Assembly: GCA_951406725.2 (NCBI GenBank)
Contig: OX597815.1
Span: 22,568,001-22,632,000, forward strand
Length of the DNA: 64,000 nt
From: Octopus vulgaris
Taxonomy: Eukaryota
Direction: 5' to 3'
Both the position numbers and the translations under genes were made by a program. This document shows positions 40,129-54,689 of the stretch, piece after piece. How positions within the stretch are numbered: the first letter of the stretch is position 1; each line of letters begins with the position of its first letter. The notes under the pieces were generated by a model, which worked only from the letters and a program-made list of their open reading frames with translations, ran no database searches and was not told the origin of the DNA.

Positions 40129-40262
40129 CTTTTACTCTTTTACTTGTTTCAGTCATTTGATTATGGCCATGCTGGAGCACCGCCTTTAGTCGACCAAATC
40201 GACCCCAGGACTTATTCTTTCTATAGTACTTCTTCTATCGGTCTCTGCCGAACGTAAACACA
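40128..40262 (-). mobile_element. SINE family C 3' fragment
   Basis: Reverse complement of gatagaa..ggggtcgatttg..ggcggtgctccagcatggcc..atgactgaaacaagtaaaag. Confidence 0.8.
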
Positions 40263-40271
40263 ACGTGTGTG

Positions 40272-40363
<92 letters not shown>

Positions 40364-40565
40364 ATACATACAAACATTCACGCACATAATTGAAATATAT
40401 AAGTATCTATGCACATACACATCACAAAACATGAGATATGCTTTTAAGCATCGGAAACTTTGAGTAATGTGGATGTAAGTTGCACACTTTTAACAATATA
40501 TATATATATATATATACACATACATACATACATACATACATACATACATACATACATACATTTAC

Positions 40566-40613
<48 letters not shown>

Positions 40614-40844
40614 GTATGTATGTATGTATGTATGCATGTATGTATGTATGTAGTTGTTCCAATCATTGAACTCCAAACATGCTGCGACAGTCTTGAAATG
40701 TTCAGTCGATAATATCGATAGTACGTATGCTTGCTTGATATATACTTCATCGATATCTATATATTGAATGGATAAATAACAGTATATAAAAGGAAATGTG
40801 TGTGTTTAGTCTGCATATATAGGTGTGTGCCTATAGAAAGAAAA

Positions 40845-40905
<61 letters not shown>

Positions 40906-40938
40906 CGAACATATATATTCACATACCCAGATATGCAG

Positions 40939-40989
<51 letters not shown>

Positions 40990-41408
40990 CCGTAAGGTTC
41001 AGTACTCCGGTTAGAAACCACATACTACAAAATCTGATCCCATTGCATACATATTCCTTTGCGCAAGTATCAGCTATGGTTGGCCGAAGATAATTTCATT
41101 GCAAGGATATAAATTATTTTAGAATACATATATTCCTATGAGTTTCATGATAATACGCACGCCTGCAGTTTTGTGGTCACATATAAGAACAAAAAGACAG
41201 TAAAGGAAGATTGAAAAGAAAGGGAGAGCAAGGTAGAAGATATAAAGGTATATATATTTCTAATGGTAATGGTCAAAGATTGCTCGGTACAACTACCAGC
41301 CCTTTCACGGCTTCAGCGATTCACTTTAAGTCATCCAGCCACTCCTCAAACCGATATTATGTGTGCCAGTCGAGGTGTTCATCCTACTGTGAAATTTCTG
41401 CTGTCATA

Positions 41409-41800
41409 GGCGCAGGAGTGGCTGTGTGGTAAGTAGCTTGCTAACCAACCACATGGTTCCGGGTTCAGTCCCACTGCGTGGCATCTTGGGCAAGTGTCTT
41501 CTGCTATAGCCCCGGGCCGACCAATGCCTTGTGAGTGGATTTGGTAGACGGAAACTGAAAGAAGCCTGTGGTATATATGTATATATATATATATGTGTGT
41601 GTGTGTTTGTCCCCCTAGCATTGCTTGACAACCGATGCTGGTGTGTTTACGTCCCCGTCACTTAGCGGTTCGGCAAAAAGAGACCGATAGAATAAGTACT
41701 AGGCTTACAAAGAATAAGTCCCGGGGTCGATTTGATCGACTAGAGGCGGTGCTCCAGCATGGCCGCAGTCAAATGACTGAAACAAGTAAAAGAGTAAAAA
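41409..41800 (+). mobile_element. SINE family C, full length
   Basis: Matches 39201-39597 along its whole length. Confidence 0.88.
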
Positions 41801-42879
41801 GAGAGATATATATGTACAACTCAGTTCCTTACCTCTTCTGCCTCCTGCTTCCATCTTTTTTTACTTCCTTCCTTTGACTTCCACTTGAGCATTACTTACA
41901 AATTTGGCCTTTTAGAGCCTCCTTCTTCCACTTATTATTTCCTTATCCTCTCCTAGCGCACTGCATAAGAAACTTTTCCATTGGATGTAGGCTTCTAAAG
42001 TAAACGATTCATGGCGAGTATTTTATGGAAACTTGTTATCCTACATTGTATGGTCTTGGTGGTTGACATTGTGTAACTTCATTACATTTAAGATCAATGA
42101 ATTCCATATTTTAATTCTGTTTGTTTTTTTGTTTATTTTTTTTTTGTTTTTGCTGGGCACGAGAAATTAGTTGACCTCCCGTCTTTCATTTCTTGGTTGG
42201 GAATTTTCATGATTTGTGTCTGATAGGCAAAGCCCCCCACAAAAACATCTATCATGAATCAAGTATGGTTATGCTTCTGTACACAGAGAGATTCCTACAC
42301 TGATCAAAAAGATGGGCATCTGCTTGAGCATGAATGGCTAGCTCGCTACATCTACTTGCTCACTAAAGCGCGATTTCATATAATAAACTAGTAGTCTGTC
42401 AACCATATTGATATATTTTCATTCAATGCAGTCAGCTCTTCTTTTCTTAGCATCAGTTTGTGTAGCTCATCCTACAAACGTACCGGTTAGATTACAGAAT
42501 TGGCCATTTTCTTCGCACGTATAACGTTCTTAGCGGTATAGGTGGACCGTCATACTCATTGCCCGGAGGCACATAATCTCTCTACAACTGGAAGTAGGAA
42601 AAGGTCTTCGTCAGCCATGGTCGTACTCAAAAATTCTACTGAACAACAATGTTTCTGGGAGGAGATGGAGTTATCGCCCTTAAATCGGTTCCAGCTGATT
42701 CTGAAATGATCAGCATATGCATGATTTCCGGTAAGCAGGGAATGCCATGTTTCAAACATGAATTTCCTTTGATGCGGGCACCAACTAAATACCTCACTTC
42801 TGGAGTTTAATAACGTCTCCGAACCAGGCAAGCTCACCGGGATCCTTGCTCCCTTTATGCCGAGGCCTAGCTTCCACAA

Positions 42880-43090
42880 AATGAGGCGCCACAGTAAAGT
42901 CATTTGGTTCGCCTAACCCTTTTCATCCAATATCAAGACCAGTATGAGAATAATATTCCTTAGATTAGCAGACAAGCACTTCATGCAATCCCATTGGGGC
43001 GGATGATTGTTTAATAAGCACAACTTTAGAGCCTCTTTCAGTTATTCACACAGCATTAAAAAAAATTTTAGTGAACACATCTAAACCCGG
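42880..43090 (+). mobile_element. Penelope-like retroelement protein remnant (region between RT and GIY-YIG)
   Basis: Translates VIWFA*PFSSNIKTSMRIIFLRLADKHF..LFNKHNFRASFSYSHSIKK, resembling the PLE motif IWFNPPYS.NVKT.IG..FL.LIDKHF...FNR.T.K.SYS. May extend upstream to ~42400. Confidence 0.6.
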
Positions 43091-43560
43091 CACAAAAGCA
43101 TGATGCCCATGCAGTGTCCAGTGATGGGGTCGATGCTACTCAGAGGCGGTGGTCTATGAGGCCGAGTAGGTGTCGGGCAGTATCGACAACAGTGACAGTG
43201 ATGGGAGCAGCAGCATCAACAGTAGCACTAACAACGTATCCAATGGTAACAGCAACAGCGACATAAACAACAGCAGCTGCGGCAGCGACAGCAGCACTGG
43301 TAGTAAGTCCGGAATAGCCTCCGATCAGGGGAAATGTAAGGGCTGCTCGCATGGTCAGCGAGGTGACATCATTCGAAAACTAAAACGATGCAATGAGCAT
43401 TGTAACTGGCAATGTATAACAACATCCGATAATCTAGTCGGTCACGATATGTGTGTGTGTGTGTGTGTGTGTTTGTGTGTGTGCGTGCGTGCGTGTGTGT
43501 GTGTGAAGTGTGTGTATATATATATATATGTATATATGTGTGTGTACATATACATATATA

Positions 43561-43929
43561 TAGTGGTTAGGGCAGCGGACTCGCGGTCATAGGATCGCGG
43601 TTTCGATTCCCAGACCGGGCGTTGTGAGTGTTTATTGAGCGAAAACACCTAAAGCTCCACGAGGCTCCGGCAGGGGATGGTGGTGATCCCTGCTGTACTC
43701 TTTCACCACAACTTTCTCTCACTCTTACTTCCTGTTTCTGTTGTACCTGTACTTCAAAGGGCCGGCCTTGTCACTCTCTGTGTCACGCTGAATATCCCCG
43801 AGAACTACGTTAAGGGTACACGTGTCTGTGGGGTGCTCAGCCACTTACACGTTAATTTCACGAGCAGGCTGTTCCGTTGATTCGGATCAACCGGAACCCT
43901 CATCGTCGTAACCGACGGATTGCTTCCAC
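43561..43929 (+). mobile_element. SINE family A, nearly full length, inserted in a microsatellite
   Basis: Matches 52898-53283. tgtgtgtacatata lies on both flanks. Confidence 0.92.
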
Positions 43930-44909
43930 ATGTGTGTACATATATATGTATCTATGTATGTTTATACACATGCGCGCGTACGCACTCACATATACGCACG
44001 CACGTATGCACACACACACACACACACACATATACCTACCTAAACTCACACAAATAAAGAATTCGTTCAAACATATTCATAGACGTCTTGCATATAGCCA
44101 TATTGTGGTAGCGGAGGCTAACCAGTCTTGTATTTTTACACATCTAATTGGCATTGATTCATTTTTAGTTGAAAGATAGTTAGCATTTCGTGGTGCCCTT
44201 CATCTCTAATTGCCGATGTTTAGAGTAGAAGCTTACTTGGGCTGATTGAACTTTTGTCTAAATGGGATCCTGCACTTGAAACTCGTGTCAGAAAGGTTAG
44301 AGAAAAATCAAGAAAAAAAAGAAAAAACTGCAAACACGTTATTTGTCAGGGAATCATAAAATGAATTTATTTCCTGTTGCTCCGATCTACTTTTGAAAAC
44401 ATACTCTCTAAAACATCAAAGCCAAAATAATCATCAGTAGTAGTTTTATGCAAACTTGATTCACCACGTGCTGAATAGACAATATTTATTTCAAAGAGTA
44501 AACTAGCTTCTTGTAATTTAAGATTTACGAGAGATTTTTATCTTTTGAGAACTTTTGGGAGAAAATGCATTATGAAATAGAATATCTGACGAAGGAAACG
44601 TTGAATAAAATAGCAGGTGTCATAGATATAAGGGTAAAGCTAATATAGCAGTGAACTTTGAGGGATTAGAAAGTATATTTACTTAACAAATGTCCTCTCA
44701 TTCTTATCATTTGGAGGCCATACCTTAGATTAGTACAGTATGGATTCAACAGAGTATTATGTGAAGCAGTTATTTTTTTATAAATCTATTGACCGCTTCT
44801 ATATCTTTTTCTTCTAGACCAAAAGATAGCAAATTCTTTTGACACACACAGGTTGTCAATCAACGCACAGCATGTCAACTAACCGCTGGGCAGTTGACAT
44901 GCAGTGGAA

Positions 44910-45370
44910 GGTTCTGCTACTACTACACACTAACATTCTGGCTCACATCCAGAGAAGGGCTACTTGTTTGATTAACATTACTAACGAACACTAACGGAGA
45001 CCTTCCAGCCATTGGCCCTCATGCGTACTGTCTATTCTCTCTGTCTTTTCTAATGTTATTAAATGGCCTCTGCTCCTTGGATCTAATTGATCCACCACTT
45101 GGGCACCCACCACTCAAACATCCACGATCCAATCGTCACTCATCTTTCGCCACCCTTGGTGCGTCTCCAAATCTCATTTCCTCAATTCTTCGTTCCTAGA
45201 ATATCGACCCTCTGGAACCATCTCCCACTCATGTCTTTCCTACAGGTGTTGATGCACAATAGTTTACACGGAACATTAACAGCATCAGTTTTATATGTCT
45301 CGGGCGGGGTGCCTTCAGGGGTTATGGGCTCTTATTCTTGTACCAAACTCATCAAGCGAAAATAAAATAA
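44910..45370 (+). mobile_element. CR1-like LINE 3' end
   Basis: Frameshifted ILAHIQRRA..LI, QPLALMRTVYSLCLF*CY, GLCS and FFVPRISTLWNHLP..VFP, followed by an A-rich tail. Confidence 0.72.
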
Positions 45371-45989
45371 ATTTGCATCAAATCTCAATAGTGTAAAATT
45401 GGCCTAGTAGGAATTCTGAAAATTAATCTGACACCAGTGACCCAAAGTGAAGAAGCAGAAGTTATTAAATGCATGTCAGCATTCAGATGCAGATTTATGT
45501 TATATATCTGATTCAGCACCACTTGCTCCCATTAACATCTGCAACATGGCATCAGAGGCAAGAAATACTATTATTGATCATGAAGTGGCAACATTGAAAT
45601 GTCGATCGAAAATCTGCAAAAAGTTTGAGATTAGTTTGACACTCTACTGGATAACTTCACAACCAGTCCCTAACAGTGTGTAAATTAAAATTAAACAACG
45701 ATGCAAATAATAAAAATCGAAAGAAACCGTTCTATGATAAAATCCAGACAAAGGTCCTGACACATATTCAAAATCCTTATTTTGAGCATCTTTATTACTG
45801 TCAATGTCGATTCTGCCAATGTTTAACTAATAAGATTTGTAGCGCACAGAATACTTCTGATGCTTGCTCACTCTTCTGCAATGTCTGTCTTTGTCAGAAA
45901 ATCTTTTGACCACAAAGTGTATCATTGTTGTTGTTGCTGTTCTTGTTCTTGTTCTTGTTCTTGTCGTTGTTGTTGTAGTTGTTGTTCTT

Positions 45990-47200
45990 CTTCTTCTGTG
46001 TATGCTGAGTGCTTTCCATCTAGGTCTTCTCTAAGGTAAGAGAGCCCAGCTGTTTTGGGGCTGTATAGGAGATAATCAGGAAGAGAATGTTTCTCGAGGA
46101 GTTCACTTGCAACTCGTACAATGTTGCACACTTCACTATTCAGCACTGTACTTATATATTTTTTTTTGCTGCTGTTGTTTCGGCGGTGTTGCCTGATTGA
46201 TATCATACAGCATTGGAAGGCCGTCTGCACTGATCTAAGGTCTCTTATTTTGTGGATTTTGATATCAAGGTTGTGGATTTCCTCTACAGACCAATCAAGT
46301 ATCCCAAATGTTGGGATCAGCACTGGTACTGTAAATGCATTGTGGGATATTGTTTTGTTGTAAGGTGAGAGTTCCGACCGCCTTATTTTCCTATGTCTGG
46401 TGTAATATTCTCGGGTCACTCTATCTTTATTCACAGTGCCTTCATATGATACATTTTCGTCTATACCTAGGTACTTGTAACATTCTTTGTGTGGAATGTA
46501 GGAGATAGAAAGACTGTTGGTGCATAAGTTTTGAGTTTGTGGGGCTGACTTTCCTCGTTCTATAACCAAATACGAACATTTCCTTTGACCAAATCCCATG
46601 CCCATATCAGCTGAAAAGTTTGTTATCAATTCCAGTTGGTTTTTTTCTTTCTTTTTTTTTTGCATTGTTAACACTTTTAGCATAAATCTTCAGGTCATCT
46701 ACAGAGAAATTATGAGTTATATTGATATTTCTAGGAGTTGAAGATCCTACCATGTAACCATTTGTTTTCTGCAGTAGGAATGATAGTGCATTCAGAGCCA
46801 AAATGAAAAGAAGTACAGAAAGATAATCTCCCTGGAATATTCCCTTTGTAATGCCTATACTATCAGAAACAATTATTCTGTTCTCAGTTATAAGAGTAAG
46901 AATTGTTGTCCATATTTTTGTAAGTCTCTCTATAGCAGCAATTAAGTTAGTAGGCAAAGCCAGGCGTAGGCACTTCAACAGCCATGAATGAGGGATAGAG
47001 TCGAAAGCCTTCTTATAGTCAAGCCATCTGTCACAAGGTTTCTACGCTGTTTTCTTACTTCAGACAGTACAGCTTTGTTTATTAAAAGTGGCTCGGCACA
47101 TCCCCACACTCCCTTCTTTCCACCAGCCTGTTCATCAGTCATAATATTGTTCGACTCACAATAGTCCTAGAGGAATTGGTTGAGACAACTTGCGTACAGT
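45990..47200 (-). mobile_element. Dong/R4-type non-LTR retrotransposon RT fragment
   Basis: EQAGGKKGVWGC, WLDYKKAFDSIPHSWL, GIFQGDYLSVLLFILALN, SVDDLKIYA, FSADMGMGFG.RKC, YKYLGIDE and AFTVPVLIPTFGILDWS. Frameshifted. Confidence 0.9.
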
Positions 47201-47206
47201 TTGTAC

Positions 47207-47237
<31 letters not shown>

Positions 47238-47795
47238 TGTATGTATGTATGTATGTATGTATGTATGCATGTATGTATGTATGTATGCATGCATGCATGT
47301 ATATACGGAAAAAGTACTCAATATTTTGTGTAATTGGATATTACAAATCAGATTAAATATACTACCCATCTATGTGTGTATTTGTATGTAGTTGTGGGGC
47401 ATAGCAAAACTCATTTCAGTTGTCAGTTTTATAGTGCTCTTAATACTTACAACGAGAAAATACATATATAACTTATTTATAGCCATGTGGACTGGGGCAT
47501 TGATTGTTGAAAGTTTAAACTGTACACAGAGATGCCAGAGACAACATAAACAAAATGTCGAGCTTTCCTCTAATTCTCCAAAGGTCTTCTATTTTGACCA
47601 GGTTGGAGATCTTGGTTATTTTACTATATTGTTTTGTAAGGTGCATTCTTAAGATTAATTCTAATCTTTACAAGTCGTTTGCAATGTGAAGGATTAACTG
47701 TATAACCAATAATCTAATTAAAATATCATAACATATACTATAAATAATGATCAAAGTCGACATTAAATGTGTTTGTTTCTCTGCAACTCACTCTG

Positions 47796-47851
<56 letters not shown>

Positions 47852-48189
47852 CTTCGCCGAAAATCCACCTTATACTGGAAATCTTACGAACCCTTATCCA
47901 TGCACAGCTGTGTAGAAATCTTGTTAGAATTCAGCCGCCGACTATTCTCGTAATGGTTATTTACAAACAAGCGGGAGAGCACGATAGATAAATTAGTCTG
48001 CTTGATGATATGAGAGACAGAGTAGTGAGAGATGGAATTACAGATACGCATTACCTCAACATATACACACAGGCACACATAGACATTGCAAAATTATACA
48101 CAAAAGAAAAAAGTAGACAGAAAAAGATTGGATTTTCTCAAGTATAGTAAATTTAATTATGCACCACATATACCGGAGTTACATACACG

Positions 48190-48252
<63 letters not shown>

Positions 48253-49362
48253 ACAAACGAGCATACATACATCCGAACTGAAACCCGGGGAAAATTAAAG
48301 ACTTATAATCGACGATAGAACTACAATTACGGTGATATACATACGCAATGTGCTCCATAATTTGTTGGCCAATGAAGGAAATAAGCAACAGACATCAAAT
48401 GTATATACTAAGACAAGTAACTCGTTCATCACACATTCGTATACATATATCCACACACTCAAAAATTTATTCTAGTAGACTATTAGTGCACGAATTTTGC
48501 TTATTTTATTTAAGTGTAAATATGGATCATCTGGAAAATGACGGTGTGATTAAAAATCTGACACTTCAAAACAAAGGCGATAAAGATATGTAAGTTGAAG
48601 TTGGGTATGTTTACCTCAAGTCTAGACGTTTTGAGTGATCTTTTTAGGTAACGTAGTAAAGTAATGGTTGGAGAATTAGAAAACTAAAAGGCTATAAAGA
48701 AATACTTCTGAGAAAGATAGAAAGTGAGAAAAGAGGTGAAAAAGGATGCAGTAAGAGAAATGAGTTTGAAGAAGAAGAAGAATGGGGATAGAGTGACGTT
48801 ATTAGAATGAGTAACGATGAAGTAGGTCTTGTGGAATAGATGAGAAAGAAAAATACAAAAGCAATGTTTCGGATTGAAAAGACCTAGAAATAAGAAATGT
48901 TAAAGCGTAAGGGTTCATAAAGAAGGAGAGGGAAAGATCTAGAACTTAGGTGGTTGAAAGACACGAATACAATAAAATTGTTCAAACCAATAGTCTAATA
49001 TTTGTTAAAAGATATATAAAGTATTCTATTTATCGAGAACATTTGATTTCCCTAAGCTACATTTGATTTCCCTAAGGTAGCTAAATTATATGCATGGTTT
49101 TTCCATATAAAGTTTTATTTTAACTCAGTTTAATTACCAGTATTCGACAAAAATAGTTTCAATAAATTTCAGGAAGTGCGTTTTGTTAGCATGCTGTGAG
49201 AAAAAAATTACGAACACATCCCTAGTTTGGCCTAACTAAAAAAGAAAAATGAAATGTTTTGTCCTGAAATTTCCAACGAATACATTTTAATAGAAGTATA
49301 AGATATCTCATCACACAACAACTTAATATGACTAATGATTTTGATTTTATTATTGCTTACTA

Positions 49363-50595
49363 TTAGGCTGTTTCACATGAAATGTCATATTTGAAAGGTA
49401 ACAATAAAATATTTCAGAAGTGTTAGAGAACTGATTTATTTAATCAAAGTATGATCTATGTTCATTTATGACCTTTAATCAGCGTTTCTCTGTCATATAT
49501 TCCATCTTTTAAAAAATTCATCTTTTGCTGTGATAAACCTTCTGAATGCTTCAATTACCTCTTCTCTGTTTAAGAATATTTTATTGCTTATGAAAAGCTC
49601 AAAATGCTTAAATAAGTGATGATCAGTAGGATAGATATCATGGGGATGTTGCAGAATCTCTTAATTCAGGCTTTGCAACTTTTGGACCGTAGCTTGAGGA
49701 GTGTGAGGACGTATATTGACGTGGAGCAAAATTGGGCCATCTCTATTCACTAGTCTGGGTTGCTTCTTTTTCAAATTCTCATGCATACAATCAACTTTTT
49801 GACAATACGATGATGTTACCGTATTTCCTCGTTGCAAAAATGAATAATGAATAACTCCCTTCGCAGACCACATACAGTGACCACTAACTTTTTAGGGTAC
49901 AATGGTAGGTTTGGGTAGCGTTTAGGTGACTCTCCCGCATCTAATCACTGTTCTGTTCTTCAGCTAAAGAGTATCCATTTCTCATCATAAGTAATGATTT
50001 GATTCAAAAATTATCTTTTTCCAGTCGAGAAAGCAATAAGAAGCACACTTCGAGACGTCTGTTTCTTTTTTTTTTTTCTAATCTCGTTCAATTGATGTGG
50101 AACAAACCTGTTTCCTTCATTTTTCCACTTTTTCTTTTTAACAGGTGTCCAAAAGCTGTTGTGCGAGATGTTTGGAGTTCTGATGAAAGTTTTCGAACCT
50201 TTGTTCTCGGATTTTGTTCAACCAAAACATTTAATCCATCATGTCGAATAACTGATTTTTGCCTACCCCTTGGTTTATTGTCAAGGCTATCATCTCCTGA
50301 ACGAGAGCTTTTGAACCATCTCTGAACAGTTCTGATGTCAACAAAACCATTACCAAAGGCCTGCTTGATATTCCGTAAAGCTTCTGCGACAGAGTGACCC
50401 ATTTTGTACTCATACAAGAAAATTACTCAACATACTTTGGTTGTTATCATGTTCATAAGATCTGTGGGTACGAATTTTGCATACCAATATTGTTGGGAAT
50501 GAAAAAAGCATCAAGATTAAATTCAAGGTACACATAACTGAGTTTTCAAATGACTGAGATAATTAAAATGCGACATTTCATGTGAAACAACCTAA
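49363..50595 (-). mobile_element. Full-length defective mariner transposon
   Basis: TIRs ttaggctgtttcacatgaaatgtc / gacatttcatgtgaaacaacctaa with TA on both flanks. Transposase fragments: YEYKMGHSVAEA..RTVQRWF..GD, ITYDEKWIL, WSAKGVIHY and LHVNIRPH. Confidence 0.92.
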
Positions 50596-50886
50596 TATTT
50601 CAAGTTTCAAGCTTGATTACAATCGTGAAATGTAGCTGAATATGGAAAATCTCCATTTCCTTCGCAGAAAATAAATACCGGTTTTACTTTCACATAAGAG
50701 GAATTTTTCACGAAATTTCCTAATTTCAACTATTCTTCTCTCTTGTTCTAACTCTGGTAACAAGTCTGTTGAATCAGGTCTGCTAAGAATGCAAAATCTA
50801 TGAAAAAATTATAAACTATTTACGTTCATGATTTTAAGATTGTATATACAAGAGACAACAGACAATTATAGAACAGTGAAATCTGT

Positions 50887-51275
50887 GGATGGATGGAAGC
50901 ACTCCGTCGGTTACGACGACGAGGGTTCCGGTTGATCCGATCAACGGAACAGCCTGCTCGTGAAATTAACGTGTAAGTGGCTGAACACTCCACAGACACG
51001 TGTACCCTTAACGTAGTTCTCGGGGATATTCAGCGTGACACAGAGAGTGACAAGGCCGGCCCTTTGAAATACAGGTACAACAGAAACAGGAAGTAAGAGT
51101 GAGAGAAAGTTGTGGTGAAAGAGTACAGCAGGGATCACCACCATCCCCTGCCGGAGCCTCGTAGAGCTTTAGGTGTTTTCGCTCAATAAACACTCACAAC
51201 GCCCGGTCTGGGAATCAAAACCGCGATCCTACGACCGCGTGTCCGCTGCCCTAACCACTGGGCCATTGCGCCTCC
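50887..51275 (-). mobile_element. SINE family A, full length, with a 14-bp TSD
   Basis: tRNA-like head and (TCCA)n tail. acagtgaaatctgt occurs at 50873-50886 and 51276-51289. Confidence 0.95.
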
Positions 51276-51404
51276 ACAGTGAAATCTGTACTACAGTCGG
51301 AACAGCACAGAAAAGATATTAAAATGAACATGAAATTTAACAAAAGTGCTAAAGCTGACTCGCTCAAAGTGACAAATTTATTTTAAAACTCCACATAGTA
51401 TATG

Positions 51405-51752
51405 TTTCAAAGTTTGGTACAAGGCCAGCAAGTGTTCAACTGGTACCGAAAACGTAAAGACAAACGAAATGCTTCTAAGCATTTTGTGCGGCGTACCAAC
51501 GATTCTACCAGCTAACCACCTTCCCAGCTTCTAATATTAGTTCCAAATTTTGGTACAAGGCTAGCAATTCTGGGGGAGGGGATAAGTCGATTAAATCGAC
51601 CCTAGTGCTAAGCTGGTACTTATTTTATCGATCCCGGAAGGGATGAAGGCAAAGTTGACCTCAGAGGAATTTGAATTCCGAACGTAAAGACGGACGAAAT
51701 ATTGCGAAGCATTTCACCTGATATGCTAACAATTCTGTCATCACGCCGCTTT
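51405..51752 (-). mobile_element. SINE family B copies (one deleted, one near full length)
   Basis: Same motifs as the copy at 1-147. Confidence 0.8.
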
Positions 51753-51991
51753 ATCCAGTTATTAATATATAAAACTCTGAAAGGCACAACAGGAAAATGA
51801 AGAGAATATTAGATAATGGTATTCCAGGAAAGTCAACTAAAATTATAGTCTAAAATACTCGGTTAGCAACCAGTATTAAACAACGAATGAGATAATACTT
51901 ATAAATACACCATATCTTTTGTATGTAGTTTAATAAAGTGGAAAGCTTTGGAAGTCAAACCCGAAAATAAGTTGTATTCTGGCTCAATAAG

Positions 51992-52142
51992 GACACACAC
52001 ACACACATACATATGTATGTATGTGTATATATACATATAAATATATAAGTATATGTATATGTATATATATATGTATATATATATAAATATGTATGTATAT
52101 ATATATATATATATATACATATATGTGTATATATATATATAC

Positions 52143-52223
<81 letters not shown>

Positions 52224-52290
52224 ATACACACATCTAATGTAGGATAAAATATTTTCGAAAAGAAATGTTATCAATATACCAGCATATTAA

Positions 52291-52332
<42 letters not shown>

Positions 52333-52349
52333 TGTGTGTATGTATATAC

Positions 52350-52382
<33 letters not shown>

Positions 52383-52395
52383 TGTATGTATATCA
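51992..52395. repeat. Compound (TA)n/(TATG)n microsatellite field
   Basis: Direct read. Confidence 0.9.
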
Positions 52396-52897
52396 CATGT
52401 AGAGAAGGTTCTTATACAAATAGATCAAAATTGTGTAATATATGCTTTGAGTCTTAAATATACATAATAGTAAAGGTTAACATAAGGAGACATGAAAAAA
52501 ACTAAACACGTTTTAGACGATACGTAATGCCTGATACTGAGGGGAAATAATTAAAAACGCTGGGTGAAGAAGTTTAGGAAAAAAGACCGAAATATTAAAA
52601 AGAAAACTCAGAAATATAAAGATAGTTCTTGTTAATCATATCTGATTCAATGCGAAACTAAAGTGACGTTGAGATAGACTTGCACAAGACTAATATCCGG
52701 TCTCTAAAAATCTATGGAAGAAAATTAACAATTCAAGGTATAGAGTCAAGATCTAATTAGTTTAAGAGGTAGTGACTTCGGACGCAATCTAGAAAATACT
52801 CCTACAAGACACTGTTCAAATTCAACGCAAAACCCTACCTAAAATGTATATTATAAAAGTTTCATAATATACATCGTATGCTTGATATATCAAATAC

Positions 52898-53283
52898 GGA
52901 GGCGCAATGGCCCAGTGGTTAGGGCAGCGGACTCGCGGTTGTAGGATCGCGGTTTCGATTCCCAGACCGGGCGTTGTGAGTGTTTATTGAGCGAAAACAC
53001 CAAAAAGCTCCACGAGGCTCCGGCAGGGGATGGTGGTGATCCCTGCTGTACTCTTTCACCACAACTATCTCTCACTCTTACTTCCTGTTTCTGTTGTACC
53101 TGTATTTCAAGGGACCGGCCTTGTCACTCTCTGTGTCACGCTGAATATCCCCGAGAACTACGTTAAGGGTGCACGTGTCTGTGGAGTGCTCAGCCACTTA
53201 CACGTTAATTTCACAAGCAGGCTGTTCCGTTGATTCGGATCAACCGGAACTCTCATCGTCGTAACCGACGGAGTGCTTCCATC
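52898..53283 (+). mobile_element. SINE family A, full length, tRNA(Arg)-like head, 11-bp TSD
   Basis: GGAGGCGCAATGGCCCAGTGGTTAGGGCAGCGGACTCGCGGT..GGTTTCGATTCC has A and B boxes and TCG in the anticodon position. atatcaaatac occurs at 52887-52897 and 53284-53294. Confidence 0.95.
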
Positions 53284-54041
53284 ATATCAAATACACAAAT
53301 TGTACAATGTTAGCACGATAATGAGGATTAAACTTGAACCAAAGGAGATCTGCTATTCGTTGTCACGACCTGAAATATCAAGTAGTTATCATTCAAATTA
53401 CAATCTGGCCGCTTTTAAAAAATAATGCATGGTGCACTGTATAAAATAGTCCTGTATACATTGAGAGACAGTGTGGGTCTCAGTAAGATACAAGAAGGTC
53501 ATGGTTAAAATGTCTTTTAGATCTTGAGTTTGCTCGAATCAGAAACAACCTGGTGGTAAACAACTCTACGATTGAAACATACCTTCTCTGCCTCGCCACT
53601 CTCCATTAATTTTTTTAGCCCGCCTTGTAAACTACACACAAACAAGGGAGCTCCTATGCAGTTGTTTGAACCGCTAGAAATAGCGCAAATTACATCTTAT
53701 TGCACTAAAAATAAAAGATGTACAAGATAATGTGAGTCTGGTCGTACTTTGTCTTGCAAAAAACGATAGCGTGTTCAAGTGTGACATGCCTTTGACCATA
53801 AAAAAGTTCGATCAAGATCACCTGGGAGTTAACAATAACAATAACACAACACTCTAACACCGAACGAAACAGTTAGAGTCAGTAAGCAGAAACCCCGAAT
53901 AAGACTAAAAGGAGAAACAATGCTGCACATGCAACACAGACCTGCTTCTAGTATTGCAGCGAAACATTGTTCGAAACTATTGCAAAAAAAAAAAATAATG
54001 CACACGATGTTCGCATTGATTATGATGATGATTAGAAAGAG

Positions 54042-54094
<53 letters not shown>

Positions 54095-54689
54095 CATTAT
54101 TATTATTATTATTTTTAAAATAATGTAGTAATTTACAAGGATAACCGCACATTGTAAATTATCTCTTAAATGTCAAACGTCTAAATGTCTGTACTTTATT
54201 GCTGTTGCAACCATCATTATAGATGCGTATTGTGACGAAATAAATAAAAAAAAAGCATAAATTTCACAAAATCACATAGGCACACGATATATATATATAA
54301 TAAGCAAATCTACTATACATGTATAGAGAGTCTAGACTCGGTCTAATTTTATATATACATATTCATATACATGTGTGTGTATGTTTATATACTCACAAAT
54401 ATATCTTGGCATATAGATATATTTGTATAAACATACACATATATCAACACACATACAAACATATATACATATATATTCACATACACCTATATAAATATAG
54501 ATGTATGTGTATAAGTGTGCATGTCCTATGCATATATGTTTATAATACATACATAAACACACTCACACACACAAGCACACACACACACACACACATATAC
54601 AAATATATCCGTTGTTAAGCAACGATCCAAAGAAGCAGTGTTTAGTACAGATGTTGGGTACTGTAGTTTATTTAGGCCAGTGAAGTGGC

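Noticed and set aside
43170-43592. 140-aa Ser/Asn-rich ORF with Cys motifs
   Set aside because: Built from degenerate CAG/AAC repeats, a short repeat fragment, a GT microsatellite and a SINE head. It also uses a non-ATG start.
45447-45909. Cys-rich short ORFs suggesting a zinc-binding protein
   Set aside because: No consistent motif spacing, splice signals or ATG start.
45922-46683. 253-aa ORF, the longest in the window, with a poly-Q/E tail
   Set aside because: A frameshifted Dong/R4 RT fragment running into a microsatellite, not a host gene.
49039-49078. 20-bp tandem duplication (similar ones at 34927-34962 and 6651-6706)
   Set aside because: Ordinary local slippage duplications.
52898-52973. 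Possible tRNA-Arg gene
   Set aside because: The tRNA-like head continues into a SINE body with a tail and TSD, and the acceptor stem is not well formed.
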